A stretch of DNA of 64,000 bases from the human T2T-CHM13v2.0 reference genome, Homo sapiens. The stretch's first letter is position 1. Each line of letters opens with the position of its first letter. A program made the translations under genes and the position numbers. The stretch is taken from the NCBI RefSeq assembly GCF_009914755.1, contig NC_060942.1; one strand, given 5' to 3'. Positions 10,458-26,035 of the stretch are shown piece after piece. The notes beneath the pieces are model-generated. The model did not search any database, was not told the DNA's origin, and was given only the letters and a program-made list of their open reading frames with translations.

Positions 10458-13400
10458 TATTATGTGACCTCTATGTGCCTCCCCTGCTACCATAAGCTCC
10501 TTACAAGTAAAAGGTGAGTTTTAGAGTGAGGTCATTGTGCCATAAAAAAAGTGCCATATGGACAAAGGATTGTTATATTGTAACACATGTGCTTCCTCCA
10601 ATGAAATTTTTTAGGATGGGGACCTTATTGTACTGATTATCATTTTTGTCTTTTAATTTTTGACATAACATTAATTTCTTGGACACCCAAGAAAGTGTTG
10701 ATGTTTTTGACACATGAGAAGCCAAGCTTCCCGTTGGCTTATGCGCCTTCTGCCTTATGAAATTGCTGTTCCTGTTATTTACGGCCATGCTCATCTTGTT
10801 CCAGGTACTGGACCATGCACATGTGTGGTCTCAAAGCCTCCACACCGCAATCCAATGCCCAGTTCAGCAAAGCTGTCAAAGACCTTTAGGAAAAAAGATT
10901 TCACGACAAGCAAAAAAAAAAAAAAATACATAAGGCAAAAAGAAGATTTGCCCATGAGGCAGTAAAGACCTAGCATGTAGCATAGCGCTTGGCAGCTCCA
11001 GCTCCAGCGAGGCAGCATGGCTGTGAAGCCCCTCTCAGAACGCCTGCACAGGACGCCGTGCTCCACGCGGGATGCTGGGAGGAGCAGTGGGCCAGGCTGT
11101 GGAGGGTCACAGACTCGGAATGGGTGGCATGCAGCTTCTGGAACTCGGTGAGCTTCCAAATGACATTTCATGCCAAAATTATGCAAAGATTAGTTTTTAT
11201 GAGTGGCAAAATCACAAAAACACAAGACAACAAATGAAGACAGCAGCTAATGTGTCATCACTATGCGTATTTTGTCTACTTCCAAAAACACTTCTCTAGA
11301 GCCTACAATTGAAGAATATGTATACACATGAAAATGTTTGAAAAAAAATTAAGAAAGAAGTCAGGTAACTGAAAAATGGAAAGTGAGTCAATAGTTGTAA
11401 AAGCAGCTAGGGATTTATACACTTAACCATAACTGAGTTTTGAACTTCCTGGCAGTCAGGTCAATAAGTGAAACCTATGGCTTTCTAAGGACATTACAGT
11501 TCTCAAGAAAAACAAACATTTTTCCCAAGGTAAAGTTCTGTGCTTAATTCATTAAGCAGATATGTAACATAAAAGACACTGAATAACATCATTAATAGTC
11601 TTTAACAAAATTCAGAATATAGAAAAATGTGGATTATTTAGCTGTCTCCTTTAAGATAAAATCAAAACCTTAATTTCACTTGTTCTTGTAACTTCCAAAA
11701 TTAGTACGTCTTATTATAAAGGATTCTTATACTGCACAAATGAGTAAAAATGTAATTGTTTTCATTTCTAAGACAGAATTTTTAGTTTTTGTTCATTAAA
11801 GATATTTGTATTGTGGCTTTGCTTCTCGATGAGCCTAGAACGTGGGAGAAGGGACGTTTTCAAATCCTCTACCCTTTCTCTCTCAAGTGTCAGCTACCTG
11901 CTTAGATTTCTGCTGAATTCTTAGTAGGAGTCAATTTGAGATGTGGCTCTAGACAGCTCTGTCCACAGAGCTGTCTGTGCAAGTAAAAATGCTGCCCACC
12001 TGCTCTGCCCAATGCCACCACCGCTGACCCCGCGTGGCTCCTGAGGGCCTCAACTGTGTCCAGTGCAACTGAGGGACTACAGACCACTGAAGTGTTCACT
12101 CTAAAAACAGTAAGGCAGCAAATATTATGTTGTGTATATTTCATCAAAATAAAAAATAAACAGTGCATATAGCAAGCTGTAGAAAGTTCACAGAGATTCT
12201 GAAAGGAACACAAATTTGTGTGAAGATTTTGCCATATCTGGGTCAATTTTGCTGGGCTTACTCATAAGATTTCCAAAAACGTCTCTTGGTTCCTTTAGAC
12301 TCAATTTCTAGAGTGATACAAACACAGGATCTGGTTTTCTGTCTGTGAAAAGTGCAGGATTTGGTTTTTTCTCTGTGAAAATGACAGTTTCTTTAAAAAA
12401 AAGGTTGCAAAACTTGGCTCTTTGCCTGATAGGGTGATCTATCCAAAAGCAAAGCCTTCACCTCTGACCAGAGCTACCTTCTGCACTTTGGTTCTTTGTC
12501 CCACCCTGATCATTCTCCTTAAAATAAAAGAAACAGCAAATATAAAACACATATAATACAGGCACATATACATATGTAATAATATTATATATACTTAACA
12601 TATTATACTAAATATTATAAATATTTTTCTACATTTACATAATTAAACCTATTTTTTTAATAATGCTGATCGAGGCTTCAGCTCACCTTCCACACAAGAA
12701 CACACGCAAATTAATACAGACGCAGAATTCAACAGACACACAACTAAGCCTACGAGATTTCGGATCACCAAATATTTCAATAGATTCATAATTAAAGTTG
12801 GTAGTAGGTGTGGGGCCTTCTCAGGTATGGCTTTGAGACAAGTGTTCTAGGTATAGGTGAGAACAAATTTGCAGTAGGTATATTTTCTAAAATGGTTTCT
12901 TTTAGGATCAAGCCAGCCCACTGTCTCAATCTCCTACTGACAGGAGGTGCAAGAGCTTTGCCTCCAAGTTGCCACAGCACCTTCACAAATCTTCCATTCA
13001 CACAGGCATCAGATGCCTACACATCATGTTTTGCAATGACAGGATACTACTTTTTGAAATATTGCCCTATTTACTTTTTCTGGTAATTCCTTTCCTTCCT
13101 TTATTCTTACCCCATTCAAGCACCTCTGCTGTCCTGCGTTTATTGACTCAGGGGAATAATTCAGTAGAGAAGGAAGGAAGGAATCTTGAATCTCCTGGCT
13201 TCTGGGTCTCAAAAATGTAGTCCCTTGGAGGAACAAATAAATGCTCAAGCCAAGATATATGAAAGTTTTGAGGAGAGACGTGCTTGTCTCCCCAGTTGCC
13301 CACCCCGAACTCACCCTTGGACTAGATTAAAATGTACTGGCTTGCAGGGAAAGAGAAGAAAGGTGGATAAGAAAGAGAAGTCCAGTTGCAGGTACGATCC

Positions 13401-14994
13401 TGGGAGGCTGCAAAACCTGACATAAGTTCATAAGATCCGGAGTTCCCACGCCCAAGAGAGAACACCTGTAGAGTGAGTCTGGGTCAACTGGCCCATGAGG
13501 AGCCCACAAGATTTTTGTAATCTAACACAGCAAAAGCACGAAAGGCAGATTCCCAGGCACCATCAAGTGCAGGCCAGCAGCAGCAGCTACCAGGCACATG
13601 CCAAGGAAGGGGAGAGCGACCTGAAGGCCAGGGTGCCAAGGACCAACTCACTGCTCTGGAAGGGTAGGGGCCCAGACAGAGGTCAGCAAAAACCCCGGGC
13701 TTCCCTGAGCATCCCTGCAATGCTGAGTAAACAGTGGTGGGACATTCGAGGGGCTGACTGACTTTTATTAAGGTTCCATTACCCCCAGGAAAAGGAAAAC
13801 TTGAATTAGAAATTAAATCAAGTTACTAAAAACTGAAGATGCATATTTCTTCCACAAGAGTTTAGGCACTGAGAATTTTACCGCCTTTAAGTAACAATCT
13901 ACAGCCTTCACACGAGGGTGTGCATTCCCCGGGGCCAGTGGGCTTTCCTGATTCATCTCTTTGCAGAGCAATCCACAAAAGAAAGCCTGCTTTGGCTGCA
14001 ACGCCAGCACTTACAGACCAGAGCATCCTGTTCTGCACACTTTCGCCTTATTCGAAATGTGTGTATATCGTGTTCAAGTATCTAGAGCAGGAAGTGCAGA
14101 CAGAGGGCAAGGGTCGCACCTGCATCACAGCGTGCTCCCCTCAGAGTCCTGCTGTCCTAGGACAGGCTGCCCAGTGACCAGTGGCCACGCTGGCCCCCAG
14201 GGATGGATGGAGAGCTCTGAGTAAATGTGATCTCTTCATCTGTACACGGAAAACCTTTTGGAAAGGGTATGCATGTTGTCCTTATCCCTCAGTGTCCACG
14301 GAGCCCTGGGGATAAGGAATCATTCACAGAAATCTTCAGGAGAGTCTTGAAAACCCACTTAGTCATCCACACATGCTTCAGAAATTATTCACATAAGTTA
14401 GGAACCCAGAACATTTGGGCTGATTTTGTTATTTGTTGTATTTCTCTCTTTACGTTCATTTTTATCCTCCAAGTTCCTTTCCTCTTATGCTAATAATTAT
14501 CTGCCTTGAATGGATAAAAAGTGAAGACCCATTTCCTTCTGATTAGTCTGCCAGTCTTCAATGGGTCTTCTTGCCTGATCTATGCATTCCTTCTTACCTC
14601 CAGCCTCAGGGCCAACTCAGGTGATCCAGTTGATCTCACACCTGGATTCCCGCAGTAACTTCCAGCCCCGCCTCCAGACACACCCCAGCCTGGTCTGCTC
14701 TGCTTTCAGCTAGGTCACTCTTCTCAATCACTTCCTTTCTCTTCTTACCCTTGACTGCCTGCCACAGGTCAATCAAGCTGGCAGCAGTGATACAAACCCG
14801 ACTGCAACCAGACTGGCCAACGTGTTCCCTTTCCCCTGGCCACAGAGAGATCATGGTTCAGGCCGACCACAGCCTCCCATTCGGCTCTCTAGAACTTAAC
14901 CTTGCAAGTTGAGGCTGCTCACCCTCTGTGGCCTCGGGGTCATCAAGACTGGATGTTCCCTAAGGCCTCTTTCAAATGTGCATAAGCAGAGACA

Positions 14995-15235
14995 TTATGT
15001 GGAGGAGGCTATGCTGCTGGAGTCGAAAGGGGTCTTAAGTGCCACCATGACACCTCTGTTTATGCAAACTCCACATGCAGATGCCCTGTGCCAATTTCTC
15101 TGCCTCCATTTCCTCATTGTAAAATGGGTATCACAACAGCACTCACCTTGAAAAATGATGAGACTTAAACAAAATATCCACATTAATATTTAGAACAGGG
15201 CCTGGCTCACTGTGAGATCTCAGTAAATGGTAACT
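14995..15235 (+). mobile_element. MIR
   Basis: 'tctctgcctccatttcctcattgtaaaatgggta...tagaacagggcctggctcac...ctcagtaaatggtaact'. Confidence 0.75.
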
Positions 15236-16883
15236 TTCTTCAGACATCAGCCCACATCCACCACCTTCAGGAAGCCTGCCATGACAACTGCAGTCCTTAG
15301 TCATTTCTCCCTCTTAGTAACTTACAGCATTTCTTCTGTCTTCCCTTCACTTGACACACAGTCATATACACTCTACAAATACTGTTTCTTGTATTCTTAT
15401 TTCATCCAACTTGTAATGCTTTTCCCTCAACCAGATTTATGGAGGGTGCCCCCTATTGTGCTTCTCCGTAAACACTATGGTGACTTCACAGTGCCATGCC
15501 TCTTGCTGAACACCTGGAGCTACAGACATTGGAAAACTCCAACAAATGCCCAATGTCCCGGTGTGCCCAGAAAAGGGCCTGTCCAGGAAGCTGAGAGTCA
15601 GCCAGCTTCAGGACCAAAAACTTCACTTCAACAAAGATGAGATAGTCATTGACACATCAACTTCCAGAGAAATTGCTCATGGTAGATGATCTGTGATAAA
15701 AATAAAAATTAAAAAAGAAAACTCCCCAGCTGTTTGATCCACTTACAGGGCTAAGGAAGCCCAAAGATTTGGGAAAACTTCAGGTTTGGGGATTTCCTTT
15801 AAATTCTGCATGTTATTAGCATAGTTTACTTTTCCTTATCAGTGAATATTGTATCCTTTGCCAATAAGAACACATCTCCACACATAATGTGCCTAAAAGA
15901 AAAAAGGAGAGAGGAAGACCAGAGTGTTCGGGTGGTAGTAGTTCCTTAACACAACCCAAACACACAATGCTCAATATGTCATAATGGAGATATCAATCTT
16001 AAAAGAATTTCATCAGTCTCCAAAGACACCATTGCCAGGAACCATGCCACACCATACCAGTCAGTGAGCCAGGCTGGTTCTTCTTATCACAAAAGATCAA
16101 ATGCCCAGGAATATGAGTCATCTGAAGATTCCTGCTAATGAGCAGAGCCCTGCACGAGGGTTGACAAGACTGAAGCCCAGAGTTCTTTGTCCATGAATGT
16201 TGGACAAGAATGAGCAGTGCCTGCTTCTCTTAACTTCGAATCTGCTTTAGCAGAAAGAGCTTAATGGAAAAGCATGCCCTGCACTTCTGTTTTCCATGGG
16301 GAGCCAGAAGTCATCAGCAAAGCTGCAGCCCAAGATGAGAGAAGCCATTCGCCTCCTGGGGCCTCCATGGAGTGAATGCCTTTAAGATGACAAGAGCTGG
16401 GATGTAGGAGGAAGGTCATTTTGTGAGTGTGTCTTCATTTTGGTAGATTTTCTTGCAGATGTTTCCAGATGATCATGTCTTTATAATGGTCTTAGTAGAC
16501 TTGCAGCCTTAACACTTTAAAATAGAAAGTTACCACCTCAGCAATGCTATTAGTGTCACAATAGGTGGTCGTTTGTAATAAGAATCCTTGTACCTGGGAT
16601 AAAAAGACAACTCTGCTTTTCTACCAGATGATAGATTTTCTGAAGCCTTGGCTGAGCAAGTGGTTTAAATTTGGGTGTAGCTTTCTGGAAAGGAAGCCTT
16701 TGGCCATAGAACAAAAGTAATCTTGTTCTAAAACAACTCCTGTGAGAGCTCCTTAAATATGGGAGTTAACCAGGGCTTCTCAAATGATCCAATAGAGATA
16801 TTTCAAAAACAGAATGCTCTCAGCAATCTGGAATATTAAGTCCTTGATGGTAAGATCAATGATTTGCAAAGAAGCCCCTAAAT

Positions 16884-17005
16884 CAGGGTCTTCAACCTTG
16901 GCACGATTGACATTTGAAGCTGGATAGCTGGATAATTCTCCACTGTAGGGGGCTGTCCTGTGCACTGTAGGAGGTATAGAAGTGTCCCACTAAATACAAG
17001 TAGCA
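16884..17005 (-). mobile_element. MER20 DNA transposon fragment
   Basis: 'cagggtcttcaaccttggcacgattgacattt...ggataattct...gggggctgtcctgtgcactgtagga' matches a MER20 end. Confidence 0.8.
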
Positions 17006-20000
17006 GGAAGATCTCCTATGTTTTGACACCAGATTTCAGCCAATGCCTGATGCTTCACTCAGTGAACCAGCAAATTTTACCATATCACACTTTAGCATTT
17101 AGTAAGGGAACGTAAAAAACACCCCTTCATGTTCTTCCAAAAGATTTTCCAAAGGAAGCAACTCAGAATGAACCCAGGTGATTCCAATGGTTTCCAGGAA
17201 TTCTCATGTTTCATGCATGGGACGTGGCCCCATGGTGCTCAGATCCTGCCTTATGAATAACTGTCTCATCCTCCTCAGGGAACAAATCCTCCAGCTTTTG
17301 AAGGACACCCAGACAGGTTGCTTAATGATCATTGGGACATTGTGGCACCGATTTTTTAAATGAAATACACATAAATATCCTGAGCCTGGGGGCTATTTCT
17401 CTCTAGTCCTGATGGCCTCTCTCATCTTAAAATAATTTAAAGGAATTCTGCAATTATAGTAGGTCCCGGGTTGTTTTTCCTTGCATCACTTTACAGAGAT
17501 ACTTATCAAAAGCCCAAACAAGGCACCATAAATCGTTCACTTCCTTGGTAGGCTCATATAGTTCTGAGTCCCATGTGGTCTATCAAAAGGTCACTTGGTG
17601 AGAGGCCAAGCTGCCAGACGTCTTCTCTCATTGCTTTTTAATTTCCTCTCTTCCTTTCTTTATTCTCAGAGATACTACATCTTTAAATAAAAGACAATGC
17701 ACAACTTTAAGGGAATTTCATTTTAAATAAAATGTTCTTGAATTTAAAAAAGAAGAAGGAAAAAGAGAAATGAGGGGGAGGAGGAGAAAAAGAAAAGCCT
17801 CTTCTTGATAACTTGCCTGGACTTCTTGGCTCGGGGTACTGGCTGGGTTCCCACTCGTTCCATTCCATACAATCGGTTACTTTCAGACAACTAGTCAATG
17901 GTACCAAAGCCAAACAAAAAGGGAGCGCGCTCATTGACTATTTTTCTTAAGCCTTGCTATTTACAGAAGATGAGCGTCGTCTGCCTTCGCTAGCTGGTCT
18001 TTCTCCGTTGGATGGCTGGCTTCCTTCGTTGAGTCCGTTGTTGCTGCACTGGGCTTTGTGCAAGGGACTCGTTTCTTGCAGGTGGCCAATTTCCCATCTC
18101 CCTGATGTCCCCCCTTCCTCTGTGAATGGTCTCATTCCAGCAAACCTCATAGTCAAATGAGAGAGTGGTTTGGGAACTGAAGCACGCCACGGAAGACTCA
18201 TTTCTTTTGCCATTAACTCCTGAAGCCCCATCCATAGTAATCAGAACATTCTGTCCAACAGATGACAAAGTCTGCATTTTGTCTCCTCTTTTGATCTATG
18301 AAAAATCATGCATCTCATGGCTGTATATGAAAGCAATCTGAAATAGAGGTTTTTTCCTCCTTTTGACAAATGTTACTAGAACAGAAGCTCTCTTGTTCCT
18401 CTCACTTCTCTGTTTCTTGATATTTTGAACTGGATAGATGAATGAATCAATGAATAGTTGCAATGCAATTCTGAAAGAGAAAGTTTTATTTTAAAACACA
18501 AATTGATAGCACATGTGTGCTTGGGTTTTGTTTTCATTAGAGTGCAGTTTCCCTGAGGACAAGTATTTGCATGGAGCTCTCTATCCTTTGTTATAATGTA
18601 ATTGTGGTATTATCAGCATATATATTTTTTTCTTAAATTAAGATGTAGTTGTTAATATGCTTCATTCATACCCTGGGCTAGGCTCCAAAGATACAGTAGT
18701 CCCTAAGTGGGGTTGTCATTTTGTACATGTATTTGTAATGTATTTGACATTAATCCTGTATTAGGGTGGGTTTCACACACCAGAAGAGAGGACAATCTCT
18801 GGTCCCAACTCATGGCTATGACATGACATGACTGGTTTGTGTCTAAAAAGAATGTAAGCATTTCCTCGCCTGCTTGCTGAAACACCTTGGATGGAGAGAC
18901 TATCCAGACTTAAGCTTGAATTAAAATGCAAGAAAATTCTTAGAAAATCACTAGGCAGGTAGGGGAATTAAATGATGTGCCACAAAACTGGGTGGGAGAG
19001 AGAGCAAAGAGTCCCACATCAAAATCCCACCTGCCTAACCTTATTTATCACCTGTGATAAATTCAGTACTAAAGTAATTCCTATTTCGCTGGGCTGATGT
19101 TATCTCAAGAATAAAATAAGTATAAATTCCACATCTAGAAGTCCCTCCCTCATTTACTCTTAGGAAGGAAAGTGTGACACAGAGGGGGATGGTTGTGCTT
19201 TATTGAAGGGTGAAGTGCATGGGAGTGATGATTTTTAAAATGCTAAAAATGAAACCTACTAAGATTGTTAACATAGAAATAGAGTCAAGGTAAATCAATC
19301 ATCATCAAAAACAACAACAACAAAAGATTCCTTGATTTAGAAGGTGATCATTTAATCAAACCTTTATTCTTTTTCTGTTGAAAGCTCTCCAATCTCACAC
19401 TAAGAAAACGACTATACATCCAGGTTATTCTGAACCATGGAAAAAAACAGAGTAAGATTATTTTTTGTTATTTAGAAAAATTGAAACATTTTTAACTTCA
19501 AAAATTTAAATAGTAGTTTTATTAGTATCTTTTGTTATTACCTGTTCTGAATTCTTTTCAAAGAAAAAATACAAAGGAAGCAAAGGAACAACAAAAATTG
19601 AGGGATGATGAGAAAAAAGAAATGAAGGGAAGGAAGAATGAAAAATAAAGGAGAACTATAGGAACAAAGGAAGGAAAGAAGGAGAAAATATTCTTCGAAC
19701 ACTTATAAAGATAGGTACGCTAATATGGAAGTACTGACATAATCAGCAGTAAATATAACATCATAGACTACTCATTTAAAATTATTTTTGAATATTCCAC
19801 TTGCAGAAATATGAAATAGTCGTATTTTTTCTATTCCTCCTGCTAAGAGCAGATCAAATTCCTGCACATTACATATAAAGCAAACTTCAAAAGACTCTAA
19901 AAGTTGAAGAGAAGAAAACAGACCACCAGCAGGACCTTAGAACCCCAGGAAACACACAGTGGTGGTTTTTGTTGGTGGTGGTGATTTATTTATTTGGTTT

Positions 20001-21550
20001 TTGCCTCATATATACTAGACTTGTTACTAGAGAAGCCAGAAACCCAGAAATATCCATGGGCACACAGAAAGAAACAGAGAGGAAAGCTTGTTCCCCATAG
20101 ACAAAGACCAGAGGAGGCACTGCTTAATAAGAGTGAAAACTCTTAAGTGAAACTCATTTTATTCCAGCCAAATACCACAAAAATCCGCAGCCCACTCCCA
20201 CCCCTGCCAGCACACGGAAAGTTTGGACTTCCATCATGACAGAGCCATAATGAGGCACCCAAACCCTGTTCCATGATGTTGCCTAGGAAAGCCAAATGGT
20301 GAGTCTGTACTTCCAGCTCACCCACGGTAACAAAGAAACCTTCCCCTCCCCACAGTCATGGTATCAGAAGTGACCTCCTGGACAGTCAGGATTTTTATCA
20401 CTAAACAATAGGAACAAAACCATCCCACCATAATGTCAGTGAAGGCCATATAGCATGCAGACACAAGCACACTGTCCCTCCCAGCCAGGTTAGGTATCAG
20501 CAAGACCTAGTGGGGAGTTTGAGCTCCCAACCACATTTAGCACTAATGAGATGCCTTTACCTCTTCCTCTATCAACAGAGACCAAGTGGGGAACTTGGAC
20601 TTCCACCCTACCTGGTTGTAATGAGTGGCATCCCCACCCTTCCTTCCTGTGCCATAGAAGTGTCAGAGAAGGTCTGCTAAAATAGGAGACTTAAGTGGAA
20701 TCCAGAGACTCATAACATACTACACAAATGCTTAGGTTGTAACCAATACTTATTCATCATAGGAAAACCAAGAATATCTCAATTTCAATAAGAAAATACA
20801 ATCAATAGACACCAATACTGAGATGGTACAGACATTAGAATTACCTGTGAAAGATTTTGAAGTAGTCATCCTAATAATGCTTCAATGAGCATGTACATTT
20901 TGAAAAAAATTAAGAAAGTCTCAGCAAAACAAGAGAACATATACAGAAGGACTAAACAAAAACTGTAGAACTGAAGAAAACAACTAAAATTTTAAAACTG
21001 AATGGATAGACTCAACAGCAAAATGTAAGGGACAGAGGAAAGAATCAGTGAACTGGAATATAAAACAATAGAAATTATTCCACTGGAACAACAGAGAAAA
21101 AGCAGCCTGAAAAACAAAGAGCCTGTTGCTATCACTAAATAGCTAATATTCATGGCGCCAGAGTCTGGGAAGGAGAGGAGAGAGAAGGTAGAGTTTACTC
21201 GATAAGATAATAACTGAAAAATATCCCAAAGTTGCACAGACATAAACCTATGGATTCAAGAAGCAGAGAAAATTCCCAAACAAGACAAACCCAATGAAAT
21301 CCATGAGAAGATATATCATAGTCAAAATCTGAAAACTAGAGTCAAAAAAAAAAGCAGCAGGAGTGAAATGACATCTTACATAAAGGGGAAAAACAATTGA
21401 AAAGACAGCAGATTTCTGATAAGAAACCATGTAGTCCAGAAGAAATTGCTATGACATTTTTCAGGTTCTGAAAGAAAAGAACTGTCAACTCATAATTCTA
21501 TATCCAGGAATGATGGAGAAACTAAATACTTTCAGATGAAAAATAGCTAA

Positions 21551-21887
<337 letters not shown>

Positions 21888-22212
21888 AGGAAGTTCTTTA
21901 AACAGTATACAATGTACAGTTCACTCAAACTGGTAAAATGACATCACCCGTAGACTTTAAGTTATGTATATAATGTAATGCCTAGAGGAACCACTAAAGA
22001 AGGCATGCAAAGAAATCACTAAAAAACTATAAATAAATAGAAATGGAATTCTAAAGAGTTTTCAAGTTACCCATGGAAAAGTAGAGAGAAGACAACAGAG
22101 AAACAAAACCAAGAGAGACAAACAAAAAGTAAAATGACAGACATATGCCCTAACACATAAGTGATTATATTAACTGTAAGTGGTCTAAGTATACCAAGTA
22201 AGACTGAGATTT

Positions 22213-22699
22213 TCTACCTTTTATGACATTATGAATGGACCTGGACAACACTATGCTAACTGAAATAAAGAAAGACATAAAGAAAGACAAGTACTACATG
22301 ACCTCACTTATATGTGAAATCTAAAATAGTCATACTTATAGAAACATAGAATACAGTGATGACTTCCAGGGGCTAGAAGGAGGAGGAAATGGGCAGGTGA
22401 TGGTCAAAGGACACAAAGTTTCAGTTATGCAGGATAAATAAGTTCTGAAAGTCTACTATATAGCATAATACCTATAGCTAGCAATACTGTATTGTATACT
22501 TAAAATTTGCTTTAAAAATTATAATGATAATAAAAGGGGCATGAAGACATTTTGGGGGGTGATGGATATGTTTATAGCCCTGACAGTGATGATAGTTTCA
22601 CAGGTGTGTATTTATCCCCAAACTCACCATGTTGTATACATAAAATATGTAAGCTTTTTACATGTCAATCATACCTTAATAAAGTTACTTTAACAAAAA
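22213..22699 (+). mobile_element. 5'-truncated L1MB/L1MA-like 3' UTR nested in the older L1
   Basis: L1MB-type 3' UTR ending 'ataccttaataaagt'; flanked by gactgagattt / gacagagattt (TSD-like). Confidence 0.8.
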
Positions 22700-22983
22700 T
22701 GACAGAGATTTCCAGAGTAGGCTAAAATACATGGCCCAACCATATGGTGTCAACAATGAATTCACATTTAGTAAAACAGTGTAAGCAGGATGAAAGTAAA
22801 AGGAAAGATATGCCATCCAAACATCAATCAAAAGGAATCAGGAAGTGGCTATATTCATATCACATAAAGTAGATTTCAGAATAAAGAGAATTACTAGGGA
22901 CAGAAAGGGACACCACCAGTAAATATGTAATGATATACTAATGTATACTGTGTAATATACTGATAATTTTCCTGGTAATCACA

Positions 22984-23832
22984 TATATGTGTGTAATGTG
23001 CATTATGTGTGTATATATATATATATGTTATATATGTATATACACACATATGTATATATGTATATACACACATATGTATATATGTATATACACACATATG
23101 TATATATGTATATACACACATATGTATATATGTATATACACACATATGTATATATGTATATACACACATATGTATATATGTATATACACACATATGTATA
23201 TATGTATATACACACATATGTATATATGTATATACACACATATGTATATGTGTATATACACACATATGTATATGTGTATATACACACATATGTATATGTG
23301 TATATACACACATATGTATATGTGTATATACACACATATGTATATGTGTATATACACACATATGTATATGTGTATATACACACATATGTATATGTGTATA
23401 TACACACATATGTATATGTGTATATACACACATATGTATATGTGTATATACACATATGTATGTATATACACATATGTATATGTGTATATACACATATGTA
23501 TATGTGTATATACACATATGTATATGTGTATATACACATATGTATATGTGTATATACACATATGTATATGTGTATATACACATATGTATATGTGTATATA
23601 CACATATGTTATATGTGTATATACACATATGTTATATGTGTATATACATATATGTTATATGTGTATATACACATATGTATATGTGTGTATATACATATAT
23701 GTGTATGTGTATATACATATATGTATATATGTGTATATACAAATACATATATGTGTATATGTATTATGTATATATATTCCATATATACATAAGGTGTATA
23801 TATAATGTGTATGTGCATTATATATGTATATA
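22984..23832. repeat. Alternating purine-pyrimidine VNTR (24-bp then 22-bp units of TA/CA/TG)
   Basis: Unit tatatacacacatatgtatatatg x~8, variant ...tatatgtg x~9, then 22-bp units and degenerate flanks. Confidence 0.97.
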
Positions 23833-25299
23833 AGAATAAAATATTGATCCACACAGAAAAATAGAAATTGTAAATGTATATGCATCAAACAATAAAACTG
23901 CAAAATATATAAAACAAAAACTGATAGACTTGAAAGTAGAAATATACAAATCCAAAATTATAATTGGATAATTCATCATTTCACTCTCAACAATCGATAG
24001 AGAAACAAGACAGAAAATTAGTAAGGATATAGATGAATTCAACATTATCAACCAATAGGATCTAATCCATATTTATAGAACAGTCCACCCAACAACAGCA
24101 TGCACATTCTTCTCAAGTGCCCTTTGCCAAGATGGGCTATATCTTGAACCATAAAATAAACCTTGCCAAATTTAAGAGAATTAAATCATATAGTACATGT
24201 TCTCTGACTACACTCAAATCAGAAACTATAATCAAATTAGAAAACAATCAATAGAATAATAAAAAGAAAGCTTCCAAACTCTTAGAAACTAACAAATAAA
24301 AATATTTTAAATAATCCATGGATCAAAGACAAAATCTCAAGAAAAATTTAAAAATACACTGAACTAAACAAAATGAAACTATGAAACTATATTAAAATTG
24401 GTGAGATGCAGCTAGAGCAGTCAGAGAAATGTATTGCACTAAATGCTTGCATTAGAAAAGAGGAAAATACTTTAATCAGTAGTCTAAGTACTCATGTCAA
24501 AAAACTAGAAAACCAAATAGCAAAATAACCTAAAACAAGCAGAAGGAAAGAAATAATAAAGACGAGAGTGGGGATCAATGAGATTAAAAACTGGAAAACA
24601 ATACAGGAAATCAGTGTAATTATGATATAGTTATTTGAAAATATTAAGAAAAATGCCAAAGTTCTTGCTAATTGAAAACCAGAAAAATTATTCATATTAA
24701 ATGATTAATATCAGGAATAGAACAGTGGGTAGTAATACAGATTCTGCAGACATTAAAGGAATAATAAGGGAATACCACATACAACTCTACAGCATAAATC
24801 TGACAACACAGATAAAATGGACCAACTTCTTCAAAATATGCAAACTGCCACAGCTCATCCAATATAAAATAATTTGCATAACCCAATAACAATTTAAGAA
24901 ATAGGATTTCTTATTTGAAACTCTTAAAAAGGTAATTCCTGGCCCAGATTATTTTACTAGCAAAATCTACCAATCATTTAAAAAATTAACACCAATAGTA
25001 CACAATTTCTTCCAGAAGATAGAAGAGAAAGAAACCCTTCCCACTTCATTTTGTGAAGTCAGTAGTGCCTTGATACTAAAATCAGAGACAGTGCAAAAAA
25101 AGAAAACTATAGACCAATAGCACTCATGAATATAAATGTAAAGATCTTTAAGAAAATATTATCAAATAGCATTCAGTAAAAAAAAAAAATCTAAAATATG
25201 TCTGTGTGTAATGATCATGAGAAGTTTATTCCAGGAGTTCCAGGAGTTTAGTTCCAGAAGTTTATTCTAGTTTAATATTTGAAAATCAATCAATATAAT

Positions 25300-26035
<736 letters not shown>

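Noticed and set aside
9120-10493. Paralogous ORFs suggesting a tandem gene pair, or an LTR-LTR element
   Set aside because: The similarity simply follows the DNA duplication. I see no known homology, no TG..CA termini, no PBS/PPT and no TSD. Reported only as a duplication.
22984-23832. CRISPR-like array
   Set aside because: Eukaryotic DNA; units are contiguous with no unique spacers.
22894-23903. Long ORFs (190-274 aa) in all frames
   Set aside because: Artefact of a stop-free TA/CA/TG VNTR; the peptides are Y/I/H/T/C/M/V repeats.
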